From Candidatus Moraniibacteriota bacterium (GTDB taxonomy: Bacteria > Patescibacteriota > Minisyncoccia > Moranbacterales > UBA1568): DNA of 64,000 nt. The notes below the pieces were generated by a model. That model was not told where the DNA came from, made no database searches, and worked only from the letters and a program-made list of their open reading frames with translations. The stretch's first letter is position 1, and every line of letters starts with the position of its first letter. The position numbers and the translations under genes were made by a program. The stretch spans positions 131,242 through 195,241 of the forward strand of contig CP064974.1 in NCBI GenBank assembly GCA_016699385.1. The letters are read 5' to 3'. Shown piece by piece: positions 1 to 13,069 of the stretch.

Positions 1-5
1 TTAAT

Positions 6-914
6 GTGGAGGCGGCAAAACCCGAAGCAGAACGGAATCTCGATATGATAAAAACAACGGTTGAACAAAGCGTCATTCCACTTGTTGATGAAGCAACGAA
101 GCGTATGCCAAATGACGTCTTAGTCTATGAGGTATCGGGACAGGTTTATGAAAACGTGAGTTTACTTGCTGGATCGGATCCAGATGTGCTGGCGCGAACA
201 GGGGAAGTGTATCATCGTGCACTCGATCTCGAACCGAAGAACCCGAATTTCTATGTAAAATTGGGATTGATAGATCGGGTACTTGCTAATCGTGATGACA
301 AGAAAGCTGTTCGGACGGATCTCTTAAATGAAGCAAAGAGCTACTTTGACACCGCACTCGAGAAAAAACCGGATTTCATTGCTGGCTATCTCAATCGCGG
401 GCTTACTGAGGAAGCGCTGGGGAATATTGATGACGCGGTGAAGAATCTTGAAACAGCGCTCTCGATTGGTCCGAATACAGACGTATCCTTTCATCTCGCA
501 AGAATTCTCCAAGGACGAGGCACAGAAAAAGATCTTGATCGAGCGGAAAGAGTCTCTCTTGATGCGTTGAAGCGCGATGAAAAAAACGTAAATATCATGC
601 TCAATCTTGGGTTTGTGTATGAGAAGAAAAAGAATGCTGACAAGGCGAGTGAAATCTATGGAAAGATTCTGGATATCTTCAAGGATGATCAGTATGCGGA
701 AACACGCAAACAAATACAAATACTCATCGACAATGTAAAGAGTGGAAAGGGGAATCTCACTAAGACCCCATCGGATATCCCGGAGACGACGTCCGCTCCG
801 ACGGAAATACCTCCAGCAGCTGAAAATGTGACCAATGCGCCAGCGGTCATTCCAGCGCCTGAGGTGCCTTCGAATCCCACTCCTCCTGAAACACCGAAAA
901 CACCCGCTCCCTAG
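6..914 (+). CDS. TPR repeat protein with C-terminal Pro/Thr-rich tail; probably 5'-truncated by the window edge (GTG at 6, no in-frame stop upstream)
   Basis: Translation shows several degenerate 34-aa TPR units. The last ~60 aa are Pro/Thr/Glu-rich low complexity (PTEIPPAAENVTNAPAVIPAPEVPSNPTPPETPKTPAP). Confidence 0.6.
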   Translation: MEAAKPEAERNLDMIKTTVEQSVIPLVDEATKRMPNDVLVYEVSGQVYENVSLLAGSDPDVLARTGEVYHRALDLEPKNPNFYVKLGLIDRVLANRDDKKAVRTDLLNEAKSYFDTALEKKPDFIAGYLNRGLTEEALGNIDDAVKNLETALSIGPNTDVSFHLARILQGRGTEKDLDRAERVSLDALKRDEKNVNIMLNLGFVYEKKKNADKASEIYGKILDIFKDDQYAETRKQIQILIDNVKSGKGNLTKTPSDIPETTSAPTEIPPAAENVTNAPAVIPAPEVPSNPTPPETPKTPAP

Positions 915-943
915 GGAAAAATAAACAAGACTTTCCCGCTATG

Positions 944-970
944 AAAACCCCCAGTCTTGGGGGTTTTCGC
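944..970 (+). terminator. Rho-independent terminator after the TPR gene
   Basis: Perfect 10-bp stem aaaaccccca / tgggggtttt with a 4-nt loop gtct, followed by a T-run. Confidence 0.6.
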
Positions 971-987
971 GTCTTTCGGTCCCATGC

Positions 988-1015
988 TTGACAATCTATT
1001 TTCATTTGCTATGAT
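988..1015 (+). promoter_or_regulatory. sigma70-type promoter for the 23S-5S rRNA operon
   Basis: TTGACA (988-993), a 16-nt spacer, then TATGAT (1010-1015). Both hexamers are consensus or near-consensus, and the element lies ~280 nt upstream of the 23S 5' end. Confidence 0.55.
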
Positions 1016-1299
1016 GAGCACTACGTACGGAGAAACAGCTTTCTCCAGCGTTTTTTTCTCAAGAAGTTCCTTTGTGCTGAAATGTCGAATCTTCGTGCGA
1101 GAAGGTTTTCGTTTCCGCAGAAATTCACCTTGACAATTCGGACTTGCCGTCTTTCTTCGAGTATGCGGAATACGAAGAGATATGGCAGGCACAAGAGAGT
1201 AGGTGAAGCGATGCCGATTGGGTAAAAACTGCCTGATCGGCAACCGAAGGTCCGAAAGGTTTTCGTCTCGCAAGGGACGAGACTTCTCGGACAAACAAG

Positions 1300-4520
<3,221 letters not shown>

Positions 4521-4611
4521 CTTCATGTTCCGGTTGCCGATCAGACCGTTTTTCGAAACGGCTGACGAACTGTTTCCCACTCTCTTGTTTGTATACTGAT
4601 TGAACCCAGAG

Positions 4612-4760
4612 TATCTGGTGTCTCTTGCCGCGAGGGTACACCTCTTCCCATTCCGAACAGAGCCGTTAAGCTCGCGCACGCCGATGGTACCTCGCACTTT
4701 TTTCGCAACTTTTTCCCGAGTTGTGCAAAGAGTGCGGGGGAGAGTAGGTCGATGCCAGGT
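4612..4760 (+). rRNA. rrf: 5S ribosomal RNA (with a ~30-nt helix insertion)
   Basis: Contains CCCATTCCGAACAGAGCCGTTAAGC...CGCCGATGGTAC...GGGGGAGAGTAGGTCGATGCCAGGT, matching the 5S core. The extra segment ttttttcgcaactttttcccgagttgtgcaaag lies between the GATGGTAC and AGTGCGGGGG blocks. Confidence 0.75.
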
Positions 4761-4774
4761 ACTGTGTGTTCAAT

Positions 4775-4806
4775 CAAAAAACTCTCTTTCAAGAGAGTTT
4801 TTGTGT
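4775..4806 (+). terminator. rRNA operon terminator hairpin
   Basis: aaaaaactctct-ttca-agagagtttttg forms a 12-bp stem, followed by a T-rich run. Confidence 0.65.
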
Positions 4807-4943
4807 ATTTTGAAGCTTGTTTACAATTTCTGTACGCTGCTATATTTTGAAGGTTTTGAGTGGCGCAAAAGAGCGTGTAGGTAGACTCTTTAGACATTGC
4901 TTCCGATTTTCTCTATACTGGAGGAAATCATTCTCTTTTCTCT

Positions 4944-5780
4944 ATGATGGATCATCGACGTCAAAAGAAAGTCGTATTCGGCGCAATTTACGGCGTACTC
5001 TTTCTGTGTCTTGCCTACCTTGTCTATTTGCCGTTTAAGCCGCCAGAAACGTGTCTTGATGGCAAAAAGAATCAGAATGAGACAGGTATCGATTGTGGTG
5101 GTGTGTGTGGCGCGTGTATAGTTGAGCCAGTCTTGGAGGATATACAGGTGACTGAATCTGCTTGGGTGCTTGCGGGAAAAGGGAATGAATACGATGTAGT
5201 TGGGAAGATTTCCAATCCAAATAACGATTATGGCGCTTCAAGTGTGACGTATACGTTTCGTGTATTCGATGCTTCCGGCGGTGTTTTGGCGGAGAGGAGT
5301 GGTACCAGTTTCATCCTTCCAAAAGAGGAGAAGTATCTTGTTGAGACTGGACTTGCACTTTCGGGGAAGCCTTCTCGTGTCGATGTCGTGCTGAAAGAGG
5401 TGGCATGGGAGAAATTCGCAGGGTACAAGGAGCGACCAGCGCTGGATGTCTATAATAAGAGTTTTGAGCGTGCCTCTGGGACAAGTTTCGGAGTGGCGAA
5501 GGGGCTGGTGGTGAATAATAGCCCGTTTGATTTTACGAGTATCGGTATTGTTGTTGTGCTTCGTGATGGGAATAGTCATGTGGTTGCACTTCAGAAAACC
5601 GATATGCAGACGCTTCGCTCTGGCGAACAGCGTGACTTCACTCTTTTGTGGCCGGACCCGTTCCAGGGTGATGTGGAGAAGGTCGAGGTACAGACCGATG
5701 CCAATGTCTACCGTACCGATACCTTCATCCGTACCTATCTCCCTACCATGAGCCAATCATTCCAGAATTTGAACCGGTAG
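4944..5780 (+). CDS. Hypothetical membrane-anchored, probably extracytoplasmic protein
   Basis: N-terminal TM helix (VVFGAIYGVLFLCLAYLVYL) is followed by a Cys-cluster (CLDGKKNQNETGIDCGGVCGAC). No recognisable family. Confidence 0.5.
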   Translation: MMDHRRQKKVVFGAIYGVLFLCLAYLVYLPFKPPETCLDGKKNQNETGIDCGGVCGACIVEPVLEDIQVTESAWVLAGKGNEYDVVGKISNPNNDYGASSVTYTFRVFDASGGVLAERSGTSFILPKEEKYLVETGLALSGKPSRVDVVLKEVAWEKFAGYKERPALDVYNKSFERASGTSFGVAKGLVVNNSPFDFTSIGIVVVLRDGNSHVVALQKTDMQTLRSGEQRDFTLLWPDPFQGDVEKVEVQTDANVYRTDTFIRTYLPTMSQSFQNLNR

Positions 5781-5861
5781 AAAGGAGTAGTGCGCAATGA
5801 AATTCGGAAGATTGCGTGATGTTTCCGAATATTTGGGAAGGCGAAGTTTTTACATGGATGT

Positions 5862-6968
5862 ATGCTCCGACGATTCTTCCAGGGGGATTGGGTGTTGCTC
5901 TCGGCGGCGTATTTGTTGCTTGGGGTGGGACTCCTCACTATATATAGTCTGTCGGGCGGATTTCCGCAGCAAAATATCTTTGTGCGGCAGATGATTTTTG
6001 CAGCACTTGGAACAATTGCCTTGGTGTCGTTTCCACTCTTCGATTATCGGCATCTGTCGAAGTTGAGCACGCCACTCTATTTTCTCACAGGAGGAATTCT
6101 TACCTTCGTGTTGATTTTCGGTAGTACGATACGAGGGACGTCTGGATGGATACAGTTTTTTGGATTCCAGTTTCAGCCGGTGGAATTCTCGAAAATTGTG
6201 CTCATTATCTTCTTGGCAAGCTTTATCTCGCAGAAGCGCAGTGAATTGGGAGATTTTGTTCGACTTTTTGCTTCTTTTGTATTAACGTCGATTCTCATAT
6301 TTTTAGTGTTGAAGCAACCTGACCTTGGAAGCGCATTGGTCTTGGCGGGAATTTGGTTTTTCATGGTAATCGTTTCTGGCATACGAAGACAACATCTTTT
6401 GATACTTGGTACATTTTTTGTGGTGGTAATATCTGTTGGCTGGTTCTTTCTTGCCCCATATCAGAAAGACAGAATTTCTACATTTCTTCATCCTGATCAG
6501 GATCGACAGGGAAGCGGGTACAATGTTTTTCAGGCGCTCGTTGCCGTGGGGTCTGGCGGTGTGAGTGGGAAGGGCTTGGGACATGGATCGCAATCACAGT
6601 TCCAATTCTTACCGGAGCGACATACAGACTTCATTTATGCCGTTGTGTCGGAAGAGCTTGGATTTATCGGTGCCGCATTGGTGTTATTTCTTTTTGGAGT
6701 ACTTCTCTTTCGTATCGTTGGAGCAGCGCTTCTTGCGCGGGACAATTTTGGATATTTGCTTGGCATGGGAATTGCCTCTATGATATTCATACAAACGACC
6801 GTTAATATCGGTATGAATATTGGCGTTCTCCCGGTGACAGGTATACCACTTCCACTCATGAGCTATGGAGGAAGTTCGCTCATCTCAGTGTTTCTTGGTA
6901 TCGCTATCGTGCAAAATATCGTCTCGAGACGAAAGGAATACGAATCTCACGAATGGTCTGGTATGTAG
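5862..6968 (+). CDS. SEDS-family peptidoglycan glycosyltransferase (RodA/FtsW)
   Basis: Polytopic membrane protein with the SEDS hallmark ...LPERHTDFIYAVVSEELGFIGA... and a C-terminal motif MSYGGSSL. Confidence 0.8.
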   Translation: MLRRFFQGDWVLLSAAYLLLGVGLLTIYSLSGGFPQQNIFVRQMIFAALGTIALVSFPLFDYRHLSKLSTPLYFLTGGILTFVLIFGSTIRGTSGWIQFFGFQFQPVEFSKIVLIIFLASFISQKRSELGDFVRLFASFVLTSILIFLVLKQPDLGSALVLAGIWFFMVIVSGIRRQHLLILGTFFVVVISVGWFFLAPYQKDRISTFLHPDQDRQGSGYNVFQALVAVGSGGVSGKGLGHGSQSQFQFLPERHTDFIYAVVSEELGFIGAALVLFLFGVLLFRIVGAALLARDNFGYLLGMGIASMIFIQTTVNIGMNIGVLPVTGIPLPLMSYGGSSLISVFLGIAIVQNIVSRRKEYESHEWSGM

Positions 6969-7026
6969 AATGGGAGAATATTTTGTTTCGGATTCTTGAC
7001 ATCGTTGCCATTTTTGAGTATACTTA

Positions 7027-7272
7027 TTGGGTATTCATTTTTTCGGTATTCTTATGCGAGTTCTCGTTATTGTCCAGGTGATTGTCGCGCTTCTCCTCAT
7101 TGTTTCGATACTTTTGCAGAGTCGCGGAGATGGTATGAGTATTTCTGCAAGTGGAGGGAATTACTATGCTAAACGAGGCTTCGAAAAATTCCTGCTCTAT
7201 GCGTCAGCGGGTCTTGCCTTTTTGTTTGTTTTCCTTGCGGGGCTCAATGCGTATCTCACGCAGAAATTCTAG
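7027..7272 (+). CDS. secG: Preprotein translocase subunit SecG
   Basis: Small two-TM protein with an ILLQSRGDG...GG segment between the helices, as in SecG (LLQ.GKGGG motif). Confidence 0.6.
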   Translation: MGIHFFGILMRVLVIVQVIVALLLIVSILLQSRGDGMSISASGGNYYAKRGFEKFLLYASAGLAFLFVFLAGLNAYLTQKF

Positions 7273-7429
7273 CTTCTTCCGATTGACTTTTGTATGAGAG
7301 CCCGCTATCGTTCCTGATGGAGGAGGGTGGCGTAATCTGTAATTCGAGCGTATTCGTGTTCCAAAGCTTCAATTTTTTTCCCTAAAGAAGTGGGGAATAT
7401 TTCTTGAGACGATTGGTTTTTGGGAGAAA

Positions 7430-9058
7430 ATGGTAGTATTTGCTCTTCTTTTTGTTGCTCTTGCCGGACTTTTCACGTGGCTGGCGATGCTCTTTTTGGC
7501 ATTCACGAAGCCGGTACCGACCGAGGGAGGGGTCTATACCGAAGGAATAGTCGGGGAGCCGATGCATATAAATCCCATACTGACACAGGCAACGGAAGTG
7601 GATGCGGATATGGTGCAGTTGGTATATAGCAGCCTTTTTTCCTATGACGATACAGGGAAACTTCGTCCGAGTCTTGCGGAAGGATATGAGCTCCTCGAGG
7701 ACGGGAAGAAATATGTGGTGAAGCTTCACTCGGGAGTGAAATGGCATGATGGGCAGGATCTCACGGCGGATGACGTACTCTTTACCTTTCGGACGATTCA
7801 AGACCCGTCCTATCGGAGTCCGCTTCGCGCCAATTGGCAAGGTGTTGAGGTGTCAAAGGATGATGATTTGACGGTAGTTTTTTCTCTCAAAAAAGCGTAC
7901 TTCGATTTTTTGGAAAATCTGACGGTCGGTATTGTGCCGAAACATGTTTGGGATGGTATCGCTCCAGAGAAATTTTCACTTACCGATGTCAATTTGAACC
8001 CGATTGGTTCGGGACCATTTCGCGTCGAGGGCTTCAAGAAAGACTCGAATGGCACGATTCTTTCGTATGAACTCCGCGCATTCCCGCAGTATTTCGAAGG
8101 CGTCCCGTTTCTTCAGAAAATCGTGTTGTACTTTTATGGAAGTGAAGAAGATTTGCTTTCGGCGTATCGTCGTCGAGAGATACTTGCGATGAGCAATGTG
8201 ACGCCCGCGACGTTTCCGGAGGACTTGAAAGAGCAAAAGGATACGGTCGTTCGTGATATTGTTCAGCCTCGAGTTTTCGCGGTCTTTCTCAATGAAAAGA
8301 AAAACGCAGCGCTTGCGGAGGAGCCAGTGCGACGCGCGCTTGCGCTCGCAACAGATCGGGAAGCACTTGTTCGAGATGTGCTCGATGGACATGGGGAGGC
8401 GGCTTATTCACTGTTTTCTCCGGGTGCTGAAGCCTATTCTTCTGCCGGTGAAGCATCCGCATACAATCCGGACGAGGCAATGAAGGTGCTTGAAGATGCT
8501 GGATGGAAGTTGAATGCTGATGGTGTGCGAGAGAAGGGTGGCGTACGCTTGGAGTTTGATATTGCGACGCCGAACTGGGAAGAGCTTGTCAAAACGGCAC
8601 ATATGGTAGAGAATGAGTGGAATGAGATTGGTGCTCACGTGACGGTTACGGTGTTGGAGAATGTCTCTGATGCCCAACGGACGATTCGGTCTCGGGAATA
8701 CGCTGCGCTTCTCTACGGACTCGCTACGACCTTTGAGCCGGATCCCTATTCATTTTGGCATTCGAGCCAGACGGGTGAACTCGAACACAACTTCGCACTA
8801 TTTTCGGACAAGCGTGCCGACGAGCTACTCTCCAGTGTACGTGAAGAGCTTAATGCAGACACTCGCTCCGGAATGTATCGTGAATTTCAGGAGATTCTGG
8901 CAACAAGAATGCCAGCAGTGTTTCTCTATTCGCCGCGATATGTGTATGTACAGCGTAAGAGTGTTCACGGGTTCTACGCTCAGGCAATCAATACGCCAGC
9001 ATCTCGATTTCAGGATGCTGCTCACTGGTATATGAGTACAAAGCGAGTGAGAAAATAG
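7430..9058 (+). CDS. ABC transporter substrate-binding protein, family 5 (OppA/DppA-like)
   Basis: N-terminal anchor helix. Motifs GEPMHINPILTQATEVDADMVQLVYSSLF and KLHSGVKWHDGQDLTADDVLFTFRT are typical of the SBP_bac_5 family. Confidence 0.75.
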   Translation: MVVFALLFVALAGLFTWLAMLFLAFTKPVPTEGGVYTEGIVGEPMHINPILTQATEVDADMVQLVYSSLFSYDDTGKLRPSLAEGYELLEDGKKYVVKLHSGVKWHDGQDLTADDVLFTFRTIQDPSYRSPLRANWQGVEVSKDDDLTVVFSLKKAYFDFLENLTVGIVPKHVWDGIAPEKFSLTDVNLNPIGSGPFRVEGFKKDSNGTILSYELRAFPQYFEGVPFLQKIVLYFYGSEEDLLSAYRRREILAMSNVTPATFPEDLKEQKDTVVRDIVQPRVFAVFLNEKKNAALAEEPVRRALALATDREALVRDVLDGHGEAAYSLFSPGAEAYSSAGEASAYNPDEAMKVLEDAGWKLNADGVREKGGVRLEFDIATPNWEELVKTAHMVENEWNEIGAHVTVTVLENVSDAQRTIRSREYAALLYGLATTFEPDPYSFWHSSQTGELEHNFALFSDKRADELLSSVREELNADTRSGMYREFQEILATRMPAVFLYSPRYVYVQRKSVHGFYAQAINTPASRFQDAAHWYMSTKRVRK

Positions 9059-9179
9059 CGATGATTTGAATGGTGTAGCTTGTTGCCTGTGTTTTGTTTG
9101 ATTGGCAGTCAGAGGTTTCTTCCGGTTTTTTTTGAATGATATTTAAACGCGTAAGTCTTCGGAGAGAAAAAATAAACGT

Positions 9180-10214
9180 ATGACAGAAATAACACAGAAT
9201 GCCGATCCGTCTCATTTCCGAAAGATGCTTCTTGAAGCGCCTGGGCAGTTTCGTGTTGGGCTCGATCTTGGGAAGTCAGTCTCTATATCGGGGAACTATA
9301 CGTCGATAGAAATTTCCGGTATGGGAGGCTCGGCATTGCCGGGGAATCTCCTTCGCGTCTATTTGGCGGAACATTTTCGCCAGTTTGATGGGAAACACCC
9401 GATTGCCATTTATCAAAATCGTTTTTATGGACTTCCACATGAAGCATACCAGGAAGGGTGTCTGAATTTCATCTGTTCCTACTCTGGCAATACCGAGGAA
9501 ACCGTTGCGGCGTTTGAGGAAGCGATTGAAAATAAACTTCCATCTATTGGCATATCGGCAGGAGGCACAATAGAGGAACTGTGTCAGAAGTATGGCATTC
9601 CACATATCAAGTTGCCAATTCCTTTTGAGAATTTCCAGCCACGTGTCGGAACAGGATATTTCTTTGGAGCGATATTTGGAGTTTTGGCACAGCTTGGAAT
9701 GGTGATGGATACCTGTGATGATATTGCGAAAGAGGCAGAATCGCTTTCTCTTGAAATGGCTCATCTTGAAGAGCAGGGAAAGCGTCTTGCGGAGAAGATA
9801 GCTGGCAAGACTCCGGTTGTGTATTCGGATACGCGATACAAATCTGTCGCTATGATCTGGAAGATAAAGATGAATGAAAATGCAAAGACTCCGGCATTTT
9901 GGAATTTTTTCCCCGAACTCAATCACAATGAAATGGTTGGCTTCACGAATCCTCAGGGGAAGTTCTTTCTCATCATGTTGCTCGATAGCGAGGGGAGTCC
10001 GCAGATGCGGAAGCGGTTTGAGGTGACAGCGCAGATTCTTGAGAATCGCGGCATCTCATCGGAAACAGTGGATATGGGTGAGGGAAGCGTCTTTACAAAA
10101 ATGTTTCGCATGATTTTTCTTGGCGATTGGGCGTCGTATCATCTCGCGCTTCGCTATGGTGTTGATCCAACACCAGTTGATATGGTGGAGGAACTCAAAA
10201 AATTGCTCGTATAA
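9180..10214 (+). CDS. SIS-domain sugar isomerase (bifunctional phosphoglucose/phosphomannose isomerase family)
   Basis: ISGMGGSALPGNLL phosphosugar-binding motif and overall SIS architecture. The specific PGI/PMI assignment is by family resemblance only. Confidence 0.5.
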   Translation: MTEITQNADPSHFRKMLLEAPGQFRVGLDLGKSVSISGNYTSIEISGMGGSALPGNLLRVYLAEHFRQFDGKHPIAIYQNRFYGLPHEAYQEGCLNFICSYSGNTEETVAAFEEAIENKLPSIGISAGGTIEELCQKYGIPHIKLPIPFENFQPRVGTGYFFGAIFGVLAQLGMVMDTCDDIAKEAESLSLEMAHLEEQGKRLAEKIAGKTPVVYSDTRYKSVAMIWKIKMNENAKTPAFWNFFPELNHNEMVGFTNPQGKFFLIMLLDSEGSPQMRKRFEVTAQILENRGISSETVDMGEGSVFTKMFRMIFLGDWASYHLALRYGVDPTPVDMVEELKKLLV

Positions 10215-10302
10215 CTTTGGAAAGTACGCGTGTTTGAATTGAAATGAGAGATTTTTGCAAGACTGCTTTTGAAGAAGCTGTCTTGTGAGTGGAAAAAATT
10301 CG

Positions 10303-10386
<84 letters not shown>

Positions 10387-10558
10387 CACCGATGGCAATT
10401 CTTTGTGTCGAAACGTACGGGCTGAAGCATTCAGAGAGGTCGATTCTGAATTTCTTTACGCATTTTTTTCGTTGCGTCTTTCCAGACGTGGCGCCTACTC
10501 TTTCTCACAGTGTTCTTGCTTTTTAATTTGGTAGAATTGTATTTTTTATGTTTGTTTT

Positions 10559-12856
10559 ATGACAGAATCATCATTTGTATCTCCATCCTCTCCGTCTTCG
10601 GGAGCCGCGGCTTCCGGTGCGCCGAGGCGTTCGAGGAATTTTCCACGGAGGAGACCGTTTGGCGAGAATCGCCAAAATAACCAGAATCGACCGACTTCTC
10701 AATCAGTGTCCTCTTCAGGTATGTCCGAGTCGCATAATCATCGGCAGGGATTCCCTCGCACTCCTTCTCGCGAGAATCGTCAGAGTGAGTCTAGTCGGAA
10801 GCCACTTGATTTGGGGTCTATCTCGTCTTTTCTTGCGGAGCCACTTCGGAATATTTCTTTTGAACGTGATCGGAAGTTTGTTGTATCGTCCGCGTCTTCA
10901 TCACCGAGACAGTCCACACCTCTTTCACCGAGATCGGATCGTCAAGAGAGATCTGCCCCATCGTTTCATGGGAAGGGTCGACAGGCGAATCGACCGGCAA
11001 GGGCTCAGCATTCGGGTGGGCAGAGACTGGCGAGTCGCCCGGGGGAAGGAGCAGATGACACCTCGGAAATGTCGAAGAAGACCGCTCGTAAATTCGCAGC
11101 AGCACGACGCGAGCCGAAGCCGTTTATCTTTGATAGAAATGAAGGTGGCACGGTGCCACCGATTGGCAAGGGATTGCTTCGTGTCATCCCGATTGGTGGC
11201 CAGGAAGAAGTTGGGCGGAATATGACGGTTTTCGAATACGAGAATGATATCGTTATTGTCGATATGGGCGTGCAGTGGCCGGAGGCGGATATGCCCGGTA
11301 TAGACTATATCGTGCCAAACATTAGCTATCTCAAAGGAAAAGAAAAGAATATTCGCGGTGTTATCTTTACGCATGGACACCTCGATCATATTGGCGCGGC
11401 GCCGATTCTTCTCAAGGAATTAAACTATCCGCCAATTATCGGTCGTGATCTGACGATTGCGCTTATCAAACGAAAGGTGGAGGATCATGAACAGGGGTCT
11501 ACATCACGCCTCAAAATTGTGCCCATACGATCACTCACAGACGCGATACAGCTCGGCGCCTTTCGAGCAAAGTTTTTCGAAGTAGAGCATTCTATCATGG
11601 ATGCAGTCGGCGTGGTTCTTGAAACGCCAGAAGGGTCCATTATTCATATGGGCGACTGGACTATCGGCAAAGACCCAATCAATCCCAAGCCGATTACCTA
11701 TACGCATCTCGCCGATCTTCCCAAGCCGACGATACTGATGCTTGAGAGTTTGGGAGCGTTGAAGTCCGGTGATCCGCCGTCGGAGAGGGAAGTGCACCAG
11801 AACCTCAAGAATCTCTTGGAAACGGCGCCGGGGCGCATCATTCTCGCGACATTTGCCTCACAGGTGCAGCGCATCGCCTATATCATCGAGTATGCTGAGC
11901 GAATCGGGAAGAAAGTGGCGCTCGAAGGCTACAGCATGAAGATGAACATGGAAATCGCCAAGGAGCTCGGGTATCTCAAAGCGAAGAAGGAAACTATTAT
12001 CACCGTGAATGATATTCATAAGTATCCTGATAATCAGGTGCTCGTGATTTGCACGGGCGCGCAAGGTGAACTCAATGCAGCGCTGTCCAAGATTGTTACT
12101 GACAATCATCGATTCATCAAATTGCAGAAAAAAGACACGATTGTTTTTTCATCCTCAGTAATTCCTGGAAATGAGCGAAGCATTCAGCGCCTCAAAGACA
12201 ATCTTTACCGAAAGTGTGACAATGTGCTCCACAGTGAGACGCTTGATACGCAGGGGGTGCATCTCGACATTCACATTGGTGGACACTCGACTGCAAAGGG
12301 CATTGAGGAAATGCTGCGCCAGGTTCGTCCGACATTCTTCTTGCCTGTCTATGCCAATCATTACTTCCTCAAAGAGGCAGCGAAGATTGCTGGTCGGATA
12401 GGATTTCCAGCGGAGCGCGTTTTCGTACTCGACAATGGTGGCATTCTCGAAGTGCAGAAAGGCGAAGCAAAAGTATTTCCGAAGAAGGCGGACTCAAGCT
12501 ATGTCTTTATCGATGGGCTTGGTGTCGGCGATATCGGGCACGTGGTTTTGCGTGATCGGCAGATGCTTGCTCAGGATGGCATGATTGCGATTACGGTTGT
12601 CATTGATTCGAAAACGAAGAAAATAATCGGTTCGATACAGATTACCTCGCGCGGCTTCATCCATGTGAAAGAAAACTTCGATCTTGTGAATGAGACAAAA
12701 CGAAAGGTGACCAAGATTGTGAAAGATTCGACGTCGAGGGACACGTCGCTTGACTGGAATCTCGTACGGAATAATATTCGCGATACAGTCGGGCAATTCC
12801 TCTTCATGAAGACAGAGCGGCGTCCGATGGTGCTCCCTGTAATAGTGGAAGCATAG
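10559..12856 (+). CDS. rnj: Ribonuclease J (beta-CASP metallo-beta-lactamase RNase) with a ~200-aa N-terminal Ser/Arg/Pro-rich disordered extension
   Basis: Catalytic core contains LRVIPIGGQEEVGRNMTVFEY, FTHGHLDHIGAAP (HxHxDH) and beta-CASP features. The first ~200 residues are low-complexity (SPSSPSSGAAASGAPRRSRNFPRRRP...). Confidence 0.85.
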   Translation: MTESSFVSPSSPSSGAAASGAPRRSRNFPRRRPFGENRQNNQNRPTSQSVSSSGMSESHNHRQGFPRTPSRENRQSESSRKPLDLGSISSFLAEPLRNISFERDRKFVVSSASSSPRQSTPLSPRSDRQERSAPSFHGKGRQANRPARAQHSGGQRLASRPGEGADDTSEMSKKTARKFAAARREPKPFIFDRNEGGTVPPIGKGLLRVIPIGGQEEVGRNMTVFEYENDIVIVDMGVQWPEADMPGIDYIVPNISYLKGKEKNIRGVIFTHGHLDHIGAAPILLKELNYPPIIGRDLTIALIKRKVEDHEQGSTSRLKIVPIRSLTDAIQLGAFRAKFFEVEHSIMDAVGVVLETPEGSIIHMGDWTIGKDPINPKPITYTHLADLPKPTILMLESLGALKSGDPPSEREVHQNLKNLLETAPGRIILATFASQVQRIAYIIEYAERIGKKVALEGYSMKMNMEIAKELGYLKAKKETIITVNDIHKYPDNQVLVICTGAQGELNAALSKIVTDNHRFIKLQKKDTIVFSSSVIPGNERSIQRLKDNLYRKCDNVLHSETLDTQGVHLDIHIGGHSTAKGIEEMLRQVRPTFFLPVYANHYFLKEAAKIAGRIGFPAERVFVLDNGGILEVQKGEAKVFPKKADSSYVFIDGLGVGDIGHVVLRDRQMLAQDGMIAITVVIDSKTKKIIGSIQITSRGFIHVKENFDLVNETKRKVTKIVKDSTSRDTSLDWNLVRNNIRDTVGQFLFMKTERRPMVLPVIVEA

Positions 12857-12955
12857 GCATTGCCTGTATCAGGAAACAAGAGAGGGTTTTGACATGTGTT
12901 GTCGAGCCCTTTTTTGTTGTTGTGAAGAAGGAGGTTGTGACTATATAAGAGGGGT

Positions 12956-13030
12956 TGTTTTTCAGAAGAAATTGTTCTTTTGCTTGTCTTCGCTTCGAAA
13001 GCCGCAAAAAAACAATTTCTTCTGAAAAAC
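12956..13030. repeat. ~75-bp imperfect palindromic element (copy 1 of 2) immediately upstream of mgtA
   Basis: Arms tttttcagaagaaattgttcttttgc / gcaaaaaaacaatttcttctgaaaaa flank a loop gtcttcgcttcgaaagcc. A near-identical element lies at 43905-43977. Confidence 0.6.
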
Positions 13031-13069
13031 AGTGCGAAATATGCTCTTTTAGCACCTCTCTCGCAGAGG

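Noticed and set aside
12956-13069. Mg2+ (M-box) riboswitch upstream of mgtA
   Set aside because: The only structured element is a simple symmetric hairpin that recurs at 43905-43977 in the opposite orientation relative to its downstream gene. It has none of the multi-helix M-box architecture.
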